DNA of 59,130 bases, filler included, from Acidimicrobiia bacterium (GTDB lineage: Bacteria; Actinomycetota; Acidimicrobiia; Spongiisociales; JAHEDJ01): NCBI GenBank assembly GCA_029210695.1. It is 5 parts of 5 records of this genome, joined end to end, with 100 filler letters (N's around TTAATTAATTAA, not from the genome) between each part and the next. Parts side by side here need not be neighbours in the genome. Positions count along the whole stretch, not along the records: positions 1 to 12,593 come from JARGFH010000082.1; 4 more parts are not named here. One strand, given 5' to 3'. A program made the position numbers and the translations under genes. Of this stretch, positions 1 through 8,192 are shown piece by piece (the first letter of the stretch is position 1; each line of letters opens with the position of its first letter). Under the pieces are notes generated by a model. The model ran no database searches and had not been told where the DNA came from. It saw only the letters and a program-made list of their open reading frames with translations.

Positions 1-74
1 ATCCGCAACGCTTCAGCAGTAGCAACCATCCCCCAACACTACACCGGTTCGCCATTTCAGCGACAGACCACTAG
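1..74 (-). mobile_element. IS630-family element, left end with transposase N-terminus (partial, contig edge)
   Basis: Minus strand reads CTAGTGGTCTGTCGCTGAAAT, then GGGGG-ATG at 29 giving MVATAEALR. The terminus GCGACAGACCACTAG (60-74) is identical to the IS630 end at 36814-36828. Confidence 0.7.
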
Positions 75-100
75 AACCTATAACCCAAAACCTAGAACCT
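71..100. repeat. Degenerate heptamer tandem repeat (CTAGAAC-type, 4 units)
   Basis: ctagaac-ctataac-ccaaaac-ctagaac, between the IS end and the stop codon of the carbamoyltransferase. Confidence 0.7.
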
Positions 101-102
101 CT

Positions 103-1077
103 TCACATCGTCAACGCCATCACGGCTTTTTGTGCGTGCAGTCGGTTCTCGGCCTGATCGTAAACGCGGCTCCAGCGACCATCGATGACGGCGTCGGCGA
201 CTTCCACGTTGCGATCCGCCGGCAGCGGGTGCATGTAGATGGCGTCTTCGTCGGCCATCTCCATGCGACGGGGGTCGACGATCCAGTCTGTGTAGTTCGC
301 CGAGATCTTCGCCGACTCCTCGTGATCCGAGGTGGTCAGCATCGATCCCCACGCCTTGGCGTAGACCACGTCGGCGCCGCGCATTCCCTCTTCGAAGTCC
401 TCGATGATCTCGAAACCTCCGTGCGCTGCCCTGGCGTTGTCCTCGGCCTGAGCAATGATCTCCGGCATCAGCTTGAACTCCGGCGGCCGGGTGAGCCGAA
501 CATTGGCGCCGTAGCGGGTCATCAGCAGGATGACACTCTGGGGCACACTGATCGGCTTCTGATAGCTCGATGCGTAGGCGTAGCTCATGTTGATCGTGAG
601 CTTGCGAGGGTCGCCCTTCTGTTCGATGATCGTGAGCAGATCGGCGAGGGCCTGGAACGGGTGGTACCAGTCGCATTGCATATTGAGGACCGGCGTCCGG
701 CTGGCTTCGGCAACTGCCCGGATGTACTGATTGCCGATGCCCCAATCGACGTTGCGGATGGCGATACCGTCGTCGTATCGGCCGAGGATCTCACCGATCT
801 CCCGCCACGTGTCGCCGTGTCCGATCTGGGTGGTGGTGCTGTCGAGGAACATGGCATGCCCGCCGAGTTGTGCCATCCCGGCCTCGAAGCTCGCCCTGGT
901 CCTCGTGCTCGAGAAGAAGAACAACATGGCGAGTACCTTGTTGTCCAGCAGCGCATGCTGTTCGCCGAGCGCACGACGTCGCTTGAGGTCGAGCGCCACG
1001 TCGATGATCGTGTCCAGCTCGTCTCTGGTCCACTCCTGGGTGGTGATCATGTCCCGCCCGTGCAGATGGGTTTGCAT
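103..1077 (-). CDS. Ornithine carbamoyltransferase-family protein, YgeW/knotted-type
   Basis: STRTR carbamoyl-phosphate motif, HPFQ, HPLPAD, QAENRLH. The segment YAYASSYQKPISVPQS resembles the YgeW WAYSPSYGKPLSVPQG motif. No OTCase SMG motif. AAAGGAG RBS. Confidence 0.85.
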   Translation of the reverse strand: MQTHLHGRDMITTQEWTRDELDTIIDVALDLKRRRALGEQHALLDNKVLAMLFFFSSTRTRASFEAGMAQLGGHAMFLDSTTTQIGHGDTWREIGEILGRYDDGIAIRNVDWGIGNQYIRAVAEASRTPVLNMQCDWYHPFQALADLLTIIEQKGDPRKLTINMSYAYASSYQKPISVPQSVILLMTRYGANVRLTRPPEFKLMPEIIAQAEDNARAAHGGFEIIEDFEEGMRGADVVYAKAWGSMLTTSDHEESAKISANYTDWIVDPRRMEMADEDAIYMHPLPADRNVEVADAVIDGRWSRVYDQAENRLHAQKAVMALTM

Positions 1078-1096
1078 CGATACTCCTTTGGTCTGG

Positions 1097-1828
1097 TCAG
1101 GCTCCGACTTTTCGCCTGATCAGGCGAAAGCGCAGCAAGTCGTCACGGAAGAATGAGGTCGATTGCACGACCGGTTCGTTGTCCTGGTCGTATCCAACCT
1201 CTTCAAAACTGAGTGCCGGTGTCCGGCGAGGAATGCCGAGTTCGTCCGCCTCGTGGGAAGGAAGTGCGACGGGAACGATCTCGGAGAGGTAGTAGCCGAG
1301 GGGTCGGTTGCAGTGCCGGTCGAGGAGGTCGTAGAGGGGGAGCGCTCCGGACTTTTTCGTGATCTCGACTTTGATGTGCCGGGTCGGGATCCGGTTGTAC
1401 GTAAGCACCACCGGACGGTCGTCTTCCAGGAATACCTTCTCGACGACCAGTACTGGTTCGCCGGATTCGATACCGAGATCCCCCGCCAGTGATTCTGATG
1501 CGGGCCGTGGAGTGAGTCCGATGACTCGGACAGATGGGGTATAGCCATGATCCTGGAGTACTTCCTCGTACGACCAGATCTCCTCGAGACGGGACTTGAT
1601 CTGGAGGCCCGGCTGGTTTACGAAGGTCCCGGCTCCCTGCTTGCGATAGATCGACCCCTCGTTCTCGAGCCTGCTGAGTGCGTCGCGAATCGTCGTCCTG
1701 CTCACCCCGAGCTCAGCCGCCAGCTCGGTCTCCGACGGAATGCGACCCTCCTCAAACGCGCCGGAAACGATGCGCTCCTTGAGGTTCGCTTTCACCTGGT
1801 CGGTGAGTGATGGGCTGCGGGTGATCAT
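1097..1828 (-). CDS. GntR-family transcriptional regulator (HutC subfamily, UTRA domain)
   Basis: wHTH IPSETELAAELGVSRTTIRDAL...QGAGTFV followed by a ~150-aa UTRA-type C-terminal domain. Confidence 0.93.
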   Translation of the reverse strand: MITRSPSLTDQVKANLKERIVSGAFEEGRIPSETELAAELGVSRTTIRDALSRLENEGSIYRKQGAGTFVNQPGLQIKSRLEEIWSYEEVLQDHGYTPSVRVIGLTPRPASESLAGDLGIESGEPVLVVEKVFLEDDRPVVLTYNRIPTRHIKVEITKKSGALPLYDLLDRHCNRPLGYYLSEIVPVALPSHEADELGIPRRTPALSFEEVGYDQDNEPVVQSTSFFRDDLLRFRLIRRKVGA

Positions 1829-1853
1829 CTGGCTAGCACGTCCGGTGATACTG

Positions 1854-1880
1854 TTGTATGATTGTATGACAAATCGTACA
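1854..1880. promoter_or_regulatory. Putative GntR operator in divergent promoter region
   Basis: Direct repeat TTGTATGA-TTGTATGA (1854-1869), palindrome TTGT-ATG-ACAA (1862-1872) and imperfect palindrome TGTATGA-caaa-TCGTACA (1863-1880). Matches the GT..AC-type GntR consensus. Confidence 0.6.
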
Positions 1881-1966
1881 GGAGGCTACCCCGCCTGTCC
1901 AGCCCCATCGGGGCGCGACACGAGGAGCCTCGAGTAACCGGTACCGCAATACGAGGAGAACAGCAC

Positions 1967-2917
1967 ATGCGCAGCTTCGCCGGAAGGGACATCCTTTCGC
2001 TCAAAGGTTTCGAACGAAACGAGTTCGAACACATCTTCCAGATCGCCGATGAACTCGAACCGATCGCCAGGGAACGCCGGAACGTCGATCTGCTGGCCGA
2101 GAAGACGATGGTGACGGCGTTCTACCAGCCGTCGACGCGCACCCGCCTCGCCCACGAAGCTGCGATGCACCGCCTCGGGGGCCACGTCACCGGGTTCTCG
2201 GATGCCAAGATGACCCGCGCCGGCGACTTCTACCAGGAGTCGATCAAGGACACCGTCCACATGCTCGAGTACTACGGCGACGTGCTCGTCATGCGCCACT
2301 TCCAGCAGGGTGCCCCGCACGAAGCTGCCAGGTGGGCATCGATTCCCGTCATCAATGCTGGTGATGGATGGGGGGAACATCCGACCCAGGTCCTTACCGA
2401 CCTCTACACGGTGCTGAACGAGAAGGGCACCATCGACGGGCTCACGTTTGTAGCCATCGGTGATCACCGGATGCGCACTATGCACTCCCTCGGCTACGCG
2501 CTGTCGCAGTTCGATGCGGAGATGGTGGTCCTCGCTCCCGAAGAGATGTCGCCGCTGCCCGAGTTCCTGGCAGAACTGGACGAGATGGGAACGAACTACC
2601 GGATCGTCGAGCACATCGACCAGGTGATTCACGAGGCAGACGTCATCTACATGGAGCCCGTCGTTCAGCCCGACTACACCCAGTCGCGCCAAGACAAGCA
2701 GGACGAGTACGGTCGGACGCCTGCCAACTACCAGATCACCAGAGAGGTCATGAAGCGGGCCAAGGGCGACTCGATCATCCTCCACTCGCTGCCCCGGATG
2801 GATGAGCTGCTGCCCGAGGTCGACCAGCTCAAGCACGCCCGCTACTGGCAAGAGGCCTACAACGGGGTCGTGATGCGGATGGCGCTGATTGCGTCAGTGC
2901 TCGGAGTGATGGAGTAA
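1967..2917 (+). CDS. Aspartate carbamoyltransferase-like protein (divergent PyrB-like)
   Basis: FYQPSTRT, INAGDGxGEHPTQ and HSLPR motifs. Start set at ATG 1967 behind GAGGAG. Lacks the YMTRxQ aspartate-binding motif (has YMEPVVQ). Confidence 0.85.
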   Translation: MRSFAGRDILSLKGFERNEFEHIFQIADELEPIARERRNVDLLAEKTMVTAFYQPSTRTRLAHEAAMHRLGGHVTGFSDAKMTRAGDFYQESIKDTVHMLEYYGDVLVMRHFQQGAPHEAARWASIPVINAGDGWGEHPTQVLTDLYTVLNEKGTIDGLTFVAIGDHRMRTMHSLGYALSQFDAEMVVLAPEEMSPLPEFLAELDEMGTNYRIVEHIDQVIHEADVIYMEPVVQPDYTQSRQDKQDEYGRTPANYQITREVMKRAKGDSIILHSLPRMDELLPEVDQLKHARYWQEAYNGVVMRMALIASVLGVME

Positions 2918-3861
2918 TGCCCAGACTCGTCATTGCCATCGGCGGTAACTCGCTCATTGCCGACAAGGACCACCAGACGGTGGAGGATCAGTACAACGCG
3001 GCCGCCGAGACCGACCAGCACATAGCGCAGCTCGTGAAGGGTGGCTGGGACGTGGCGATCTCTCACGGCAACGGACCGCAGGTGGGGTTCATCATGCGGC
3101 GCTCCGAGCTGGCGCGTGGGGAACTGCACGAGATCCCGATGGACGTTGCCGGAGCCGACACGCAGGGGGCGATCGGATATGCACTGCAGCAGAATCTGAT
3201 CAACGACTTCCGGGCGATGGGGATTCAGAAACCCGTCGTCACGGTTGTCACTCAGGTCGAGGTGAGCTCGACCGACCCGGCGATGCTCGACCCGTCCAAG
3301 CCGATCGGAACCTTTCTCGACGAAGAAGAAGCCAATCGGCGTCGCCAGGAGGAAGGTTGGGCGATCAAGGAAGATGCGGGGCGCGGTTGGCGACGGGTCG
3401 TCGCCTCACCTCAACCGCAGCGTATCGTCGAGATCGACGTGATCCGCCAGCTCATCGACTCCGGTGTGGTGGTGATCTGCGTCGGTGGCGGCGGTATTCC
3501 GGTAGTCGCCGATGAGAACGGCGACCTGCACGGAGTCGCGGCTGTGATCGATAAGGATCTCGCGTCGGCACTGTTGGCCAACCTGATCGACGCCGACATG
3601 CTGCTGATCTCGACTGCGGTCGAGAAGGTGGCACTCAACTTCGGCACGCCGGAGCAACGCTGGGTCGACCGGCTGACTCTGTCGGAGGTCAAGACGTACC
3701 TCGAGGAGGGCGGCCACTTCGGCGAAGGGTCGATGGCTCCGAAGATGCGAGCCGTCGTGCAGTTCCTCGAGGGCGGTGGAAAAGAAGCCTTGATCACCAA
3801 CCCGGCGAACCTCGAGCATGCCGTTGCCGGTGCAACAGGAACCCGTATCGTTCATGACTGA
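2917..3861 (+). CDS. arcC: Carbamate kinase
   Basis: AIGGNSL, HGNGPQVG, PSKPIG, WRRVVASPQP, GGGGIPV, AVIDKD and GSMAPK motifs. TAATG coupling to the upstream gene. Confidence 0.95.
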   Translation: MPRLVIAIGGNSLIADKDHQTVEDQYNAAAETDQHIAQLVKGGWDVAISHGNGPQVGFIMRRSELARGELHEIPMDVAGADTQGAIGYALQQNLINDFRAMGIQKPVVTVVTQVEVSSTDPAMLDPSKPIGTFLDEEEANRRRQEEGWAIKEDAGRGWRRVVASPQPQRIVEIDVIRQLIDSGVVVICVGGGGIPVVADENGDLHGVAAVIDKDLASALLANLIDADMLLISTAVEKVALNFGTPEQRWVDRLTLSEVKTYLEEGGHFGEGSMAPKMRAVVQFLEGGGKEALITNPANLEHAVAGATGTRIVHD

Positions 3862-5131
3862 CGGTCGTCTAGAGCATGTCACAGGTCTCGTCTGTGTGAT
3901 TTGCGGGCAGTCGTACCCGGCGGATGCGGCCGGGTACGTCTGCGGGGAATGCGGCAATGAGGGCATCCTCGATGTCCGATACGACTATGAGCGGGTCGGG
4001 TCGCGCCTCTCCAGGGAGTCACTGGCGGATGACCGTGAGATGACGATGTGGCGCTATCGGCCGCTCATGCCGGTCGCAGCCGATGCAGAGGTTCCGCCGC
4101 TCACGGTCGGTTGGACTCCAACCTACGACGCTCCCCGGCTGGCCGCCGCGCTCGGCCTGGCGGGGGTGTGGGTCAAGGATGAAGGCAGACAGCCGACTGC
4201 TTCTCTCAAGGATCGCGCCAGTGCCATGGCGCTGGTCAAGGCGCGGGAGGTCGGCGCGGACATCGTGACGACCGCCAGCACCGGCAACGCAGCAGCCGCG
4301 CTGAGCGGCTTGTCGGCTTCGATGGGTCAGAAGAACGTGATCTTCGTCCCCGAGTCTGCGCCACAAGCGAAGATTGCCCAGCTTCTCGCCTACGGATCGA
4401 TCGTTGTCCTCGTCAAGGGGAACTACGGGGATGCTTTCGATCTATGTATGGCCGCTTCGGCCGAATACGGGTGGTACAACCGCAACACGGGCTTCAACCC
4501 GTACATGACAGAAGGCAAGAAGACGGCCGGTCTCGAGATACTCGAACAACTCGAGTGGAACGCACCCGACGCCATATTTGTGAGTGTGGGTGATGGATCG
4601 ATCATCGGCGGGGTGCACAAGGCGATGAAGGATGCGCAGGCTCTCGGCTGGATCGATCACTCACCGCGCCTCTTCGGCATCCAGGCCGCCGGCAGCGACT
4701 TCCTCGTGCAGGCGTTCGAGAACAACGAAGACGTTCTCATCAAGGCGCCGATCTCCGCAGACACGCTGGCCGACTCGATCAGCGCCGACCTGCCGCGTGA
4801 CCGGATCAAGGCGATGGCGGCCGTCCGTGAAACCGGCGGCGCCTACCTGCGCGTCTCCGACGAAGCAATTCTGGCGGCGGTGCCGGTCCTGGCGCGCGGC
4901 TCGGGCGTATTTGCCGAGCCGGCCGGCGCGGCTGCCCATGCGGGCCTGATTGCCGCTGCCGAGCGCGGACTCGTCGGCTCATCCGATCGGGTGGTTGTCC
5001 TCTCGACCGGCAGCGGGCTCAAAGACGTGGCCTCGGCGATGAAGGCCGTTACGGCCGCCGGCACCGAGCCGATGGTGATCGAACCGACACTCGCTGCATT
5101 GAAGGAAGCCCTTGCCACCAGGGGCGAATGA
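3854..5131 (+). CDS. Threonine synthase-like PLP-dependent enzyme (fold type II) with N-terminal Zn ribbon
   Basis: CxxC...CxxC at the N-terminus, PTASLKDR (PLP lysine), ASTGNA, EGKKT, VGDG, FAEPAGA, STGSGLKD. Confidence 0.88.
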   Translation: MTDGRLEHVTGLVCVICGQSYPADAAGYVCGECGNEGILDVRYDYERVGSRLSRESLADDREMTMWRYRPLMPVAADAEVPPLTVGWTPTYDAPRLAAALGLAGVWVKDEGRQPTASLKDRASAMALVKAREVGADIVTTASTGNAAAALSGLSASMGQKNVIFVPESAPQAKIAQLLAYGSIVVLVKGNYGDAFDLCMAASAEYGWYNRNTGFNPYMTEGKKTAGLEILEQLEWNAPDAIFVSVGDGSIIGGVHKAMKDAQALGWIDHSPRLFGIQAAGSDFLVQAFENNEDVLIKAPISADTLADSISADLPRDRIKAMAAVRETGGAYLRVSDEAILAAVPVLARGSGVFAEPAGAAAHAGLIAAAERGLVGSSDRVVVLSTGSGLKDVASAMKAVTAAGTEPMVIEPTLAALKEALATRGE

Positions 5132-6609
5132 CCAACCACGAAGGACTACGCATGATCGATCTCACCATCCACGAAGCAACCCTGGAATCGGCCGTTACCC
5201 AGGCTCATCAACGTTCGATTCGCATCCCGACCTTCAAGCAGATGCGCGATCCGTCCTTGATCCCCGACTCGATCAAGCAAGAACTGACGTCCGTCGGGTT
5301 GTGGGATCTCGACCCTCGCAACCTGTTTCGGATCACCTGGCACAACGAGCCGACCCCGAGCGGTGGCGGCTACGGGCCGGTCAACTACATAGAACTTCCC
5401 TCGGAACTGACCGGCACGCCGGCCAGGATTCTCCTCCTCGAAGGCAAGTGGTTCCCGACCGGTGCCCACAAAGTGGGAGCCGCCTTCGGATGCCTGGTGC
5501 CCCGCCTGGTCACGGGCCAGTTCGATCCCGCTACTCAGAAGGCGGTCTGGCCATCGACGGGCAACTACTGCCGGGGAGGCGCCTACGACTCGCATCTGCT
5601 GGCGTGCGAATCCGTCGCAATCCTTCCTGAGGGGATGAGCCGGGAGCGGTTCGACTGGTTGAGGACCGTGGCAGGCGAGATCATCGCCACGCCGGGAACA
5701 GAGTCGAACGTCAAGGAGATCTTCGACAAGTGCAACGAACTGCGCGCCTCGGGGGAGGACCTGGTGATCTTCAACCAGTTCGACGAGTTCGGAAACTACT
5801 TGTGGCACTACGCGGTGACGGGTCCGGCCATGGTCGAGGTGCTCGAGGCAGCGATGCGACCCGGAGACGAGTTCCGCGGCGTGACCCTGACCACCGGCTC
5901 GGCCGGCACGATCGCCTCGGGCGACTACCTCAAGCAGCTGTACCCCAACTCCAAGATCGCAGCAGGCGAAGCCATCCAGTGCCCGACCATTCTCTACAAC
6001 GGCTTCGGCGAGCACCGGATCGAGGGAATCGGCGATAAGCACATCCCCTGGATCCATAACGCCAAGAACACTGATATGGCGATCGGTCTGGATGATGAGG
6101 CGACGATTTCCCTCACTCGCTTGTTCAACGAACCGGCCGGAACGGCCTATCTGGCCGACCAGGGAGTCGCACCCGGTCTGATCGAGAAGCTGCCGCTGCT
6201 CGGGATTTCCGGAATCGGCAACATGCTCATGGCGATCAAGATGGCCAAGTACTACGAGATGGGCTCCCAGGATGTCATCGTAACCGTCGGCACCGACTCT
6301 ATGGAGATGTACGGAAGCCGCCTGCGAGAACTGAACGACGAGCGTGGAGAGTTCACGACTCTCGACGCGGCCGCCGCCTACCACCGCTACTTGCTCGGGC
6401 AGGGAATCGACCACGTCCAAGAACTCGGGTACTACGACCGCAAGCGGGTCCACAACCTGAAGTACTACACATGGGTCGAGCAGCAGGGCAAGACCTACGA
6501 GGAGATCCAGGCACAGTGGTACGACCCCGACTACTGGACGAACATCCAGGCCATGGTCGACCCGATCGATGAGCTGATCGAGGCCTTCAACACCAGGGTT
6601 GATCTGTAG
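5128..6609 (+). CDS. PLP-dependent enzyme, fold type II (cysteine synthase/TrpB-like), substrate unknown
   Basis: FPTGAHKVG (PLP lysine), PSTGNY, TGSAGT, HRIEGIGD. ATGA overlap with the upstream stop; alternative start at 5152. Confidence 0.85.
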   Translation: MTNHEGLRMIDLTIHEATLESAVTQAHQRSIRIPTFKQMRDPSLIPDSIKQELTSVGLWDLDPRNLFRITWHNEPTPSGGGYGPVNYIELPSELTGTPARILLLEGKWFPTGAHKVGAAFGCLVPRLVTGQFDPATQKAVWPSTGNYCRGGAYDSHLLACESVAILPEGMSRERFDWLRTVAGEIIATPGTESNVKEIFDKCNELRASGEDLVIFNQFDEFGNYLWHYAVTGPAMVEVLEAAMRPGDEFRGVTLTTGSAGTIASGDYLKQLYPNSKIAAGEAIQCPTILYNGFGEHRIEGIGDKHIPWIHNAKNTDMAIGLDDEATISLTRLFNEPAGTAYLADQGVAPGLIEKLPLLGISGIGNMLMAIKMAKYYEMGSQDVIVTVGTDSMEMYGSRLRELNDERGEFTTLDAAAAYHRYLLGQGIDHVQELGYYDRKRVHNLKYYTWVEQQGKTYEEIQAQWYDPDYWTNIQAMVDPIDELIEAFNTRVDL

Positions 6610-6618
6610 CACTTCGAC

Positions 6619-6670
6619 CATTTCCGGCGCCATATTCCGGGTCGATCCGCCCGGAATGTGGCGCGAAATG
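6619..6670 (+). terminator. Long hairpin after the PLP operon (putative terminator/stabiliser)
   Basis: Arms CATTTC-cg-GCGCCA-t-ATTCCGGG and CCCGGAAT-g-TGGCGC-GAAATG pair with one bulge and one G-U pair. No U-tract. Confidence 0.55.
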
Positions 6671-6772
6671 CTGACAGGGATCATCAGACCGGGTGGCCGG
6701 TCTCTCGATGATGCAACCGCACCTTCTCCGGCCTAGGCTCACTCTGTAATTGGACCCAAGGGAAGGGTGTCT

Positions 6773-8182
6773 ATGAGATACAAGTCCTGGTTTGCTCTGT
6801 TCGTGGTGTTTGCCCTCGTGTTCGCCGCGTGTGGCGACTCCACAGATGAGACAACCCCCGATGATGGTGGAACCGACGTCACGGCTGTGCCGGGCACGGT
6901 CACAACCATTGACATTTGGATTGCGTTTGCCGACGGACCCCGTCTCACCTACACGGAAGAGCGGGCCGCCGAGTTCAACTCTGCACACTCGGACTACAAC
7001 GTCGCGGTAACGGCGTTCGATTCGTACAACACCGTGTTTGAGCAGGCGCAGTTGGCGCTCGAGGGTGGCAACCCGCCCGAGATCATTCACTTCTTCGAGG
7101 CCGCCACCCAGGAGGCTCTCGATACGGTGGATGCAGACGGAAATCCGATCTTCAAGTCGGTGACCGAGGCGATCGGTGGTCGCACCGAGATTCTCGGTGA
7201 GCCTGTGATCCTCGATGACGTCGTTTCGGCCGCCCGGAACTACTACACCGTCGACGGCGAGTTTTACTCGATGCCGTGGAACACCTCCTCGGCGATCATG
7301 TTCGTTAATCAGGACATCCTCGACGCCGCAGGCGTCGCCGAGATCCCGAAAACCTGGGCAGACGTCGACGCGGCCTGCGAGAAGATCATGGCGATAGCCG
7401 ATGCGCCCAAGGGCTGCATCACTTGGCCGAACCATTCGTGGTTCGTCGAGCAGACGCTGGGTCAAGAAGGTGAGTTGCTGGCGAACAACGACAACGGCCG
7501 CGATGGTCGGGCCACCGAGGTCTACCTCGACTCCGATGGCATGGTCGCCTACTTCGAGTGGTGGAAGAGCCTCGACGATCTGGGCTACTACATCTACACC
7601 GGCGTTCAGCGCGACTGGGACGGCACCAACACTGCCTTCCAGGCACAAGAGGTCGGTATGTTGATCTACTCGTCCTCAGATACGACGGTAATCACCGAGA
7701 CGGGCACCGAGAACGGTTTCAACGTTGTGGCAGCACCAATGCCCTACAACGGCGACGTGCCGTACGAAGGCAACCTGATCGGTGGAGCGACGTTGTGGTT
7801 GCGAAATGGGCTGGACACCGTGACGGAAGATGGCGCCCTGGCGTTCATGAACTTCTTCTCGAATCCTGCCAACGCGGCCGAGTGGCACAAGATCACGGGT
7901 TACATCCCGATCACAGAGGCTGCCGTGCAACTACTCAAGGACGAGGGCTTCTACGACGAGAGCCCGAACAGCCTGGTCGCATCCGACCAACTGGCTGCTG
8001 CGGCAGATACGCCAGCCGCCAGGGGTGCGTTGCTCGGTAACTTCGTTGCCATTCGTGACGTCATCACCGCGGCCGCGGAGGACATGCTCGTCAACGACAT
8101 AGATCCAAAGCAACGGCTGACAGAAGCAAACGCAGAAGCCCAACAGCTTCTCGACGAGTACAACTCCCTCTTCGGTGGCTAA
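6773..8182 (+). CDS. ABC transporter solute-binding lipoprotein, UgpB-like (CUT1 family)
   Basis: Lipobox FAAC. YSMPWNTSS, GGATLW and WHKITGYIP match UgpB-type motifs. Confidence 0.85.
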   Translation: MRYKSWFALFVVFALVFAACGDSTDETTPDDGGTDVTAVPGTVTTIDIWIAFADGPRLTYTEERAAEFNSAHSDYNVAVTAFDSYNTVFEQAQLALEGGNPPEIIHFFEAATQEALDTVDADGNPIFKSVTEAIGGRTEILGEPVILDDVVSAARNYYTVDGEFYSMPWNTSSAIMFVNQDILDAAGVAEIPKTWADVDAACEKIMAIADAPKGCITWPNHSWFVEQTLGQEGELLANNDNGRDGRATEVYLDSDGMVAYFEWWKSLDDLGYYIYTGVQRDWDGTNTAFQAQEVGMLIYSSSDTTVITETGTENGFNVVAAPMPYNGDVPYEGNLIGGATLWLRNGLDTVTEDGALAFMNFFSNPANAAEWHKITGYIPITEAAVQLLKDEGFYDESPNSLVASDQLAAAADTPAARGALLGNFVAIRDVITAAAEDMLVNDIDPKQRLTEANAEAQQLLDEYNSLFGG

Positions 8183-8192
8183 TCGTTAGCCG

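Noticed and set aside
103..3861. Arginine deiminase pathway or pyrimidine biosynthesis operon
   Set aside because: No arcA/arcD or pyrC/pyrI/carAB genes are present, and both transcarbamylases lack the canonical acceptor motifs.
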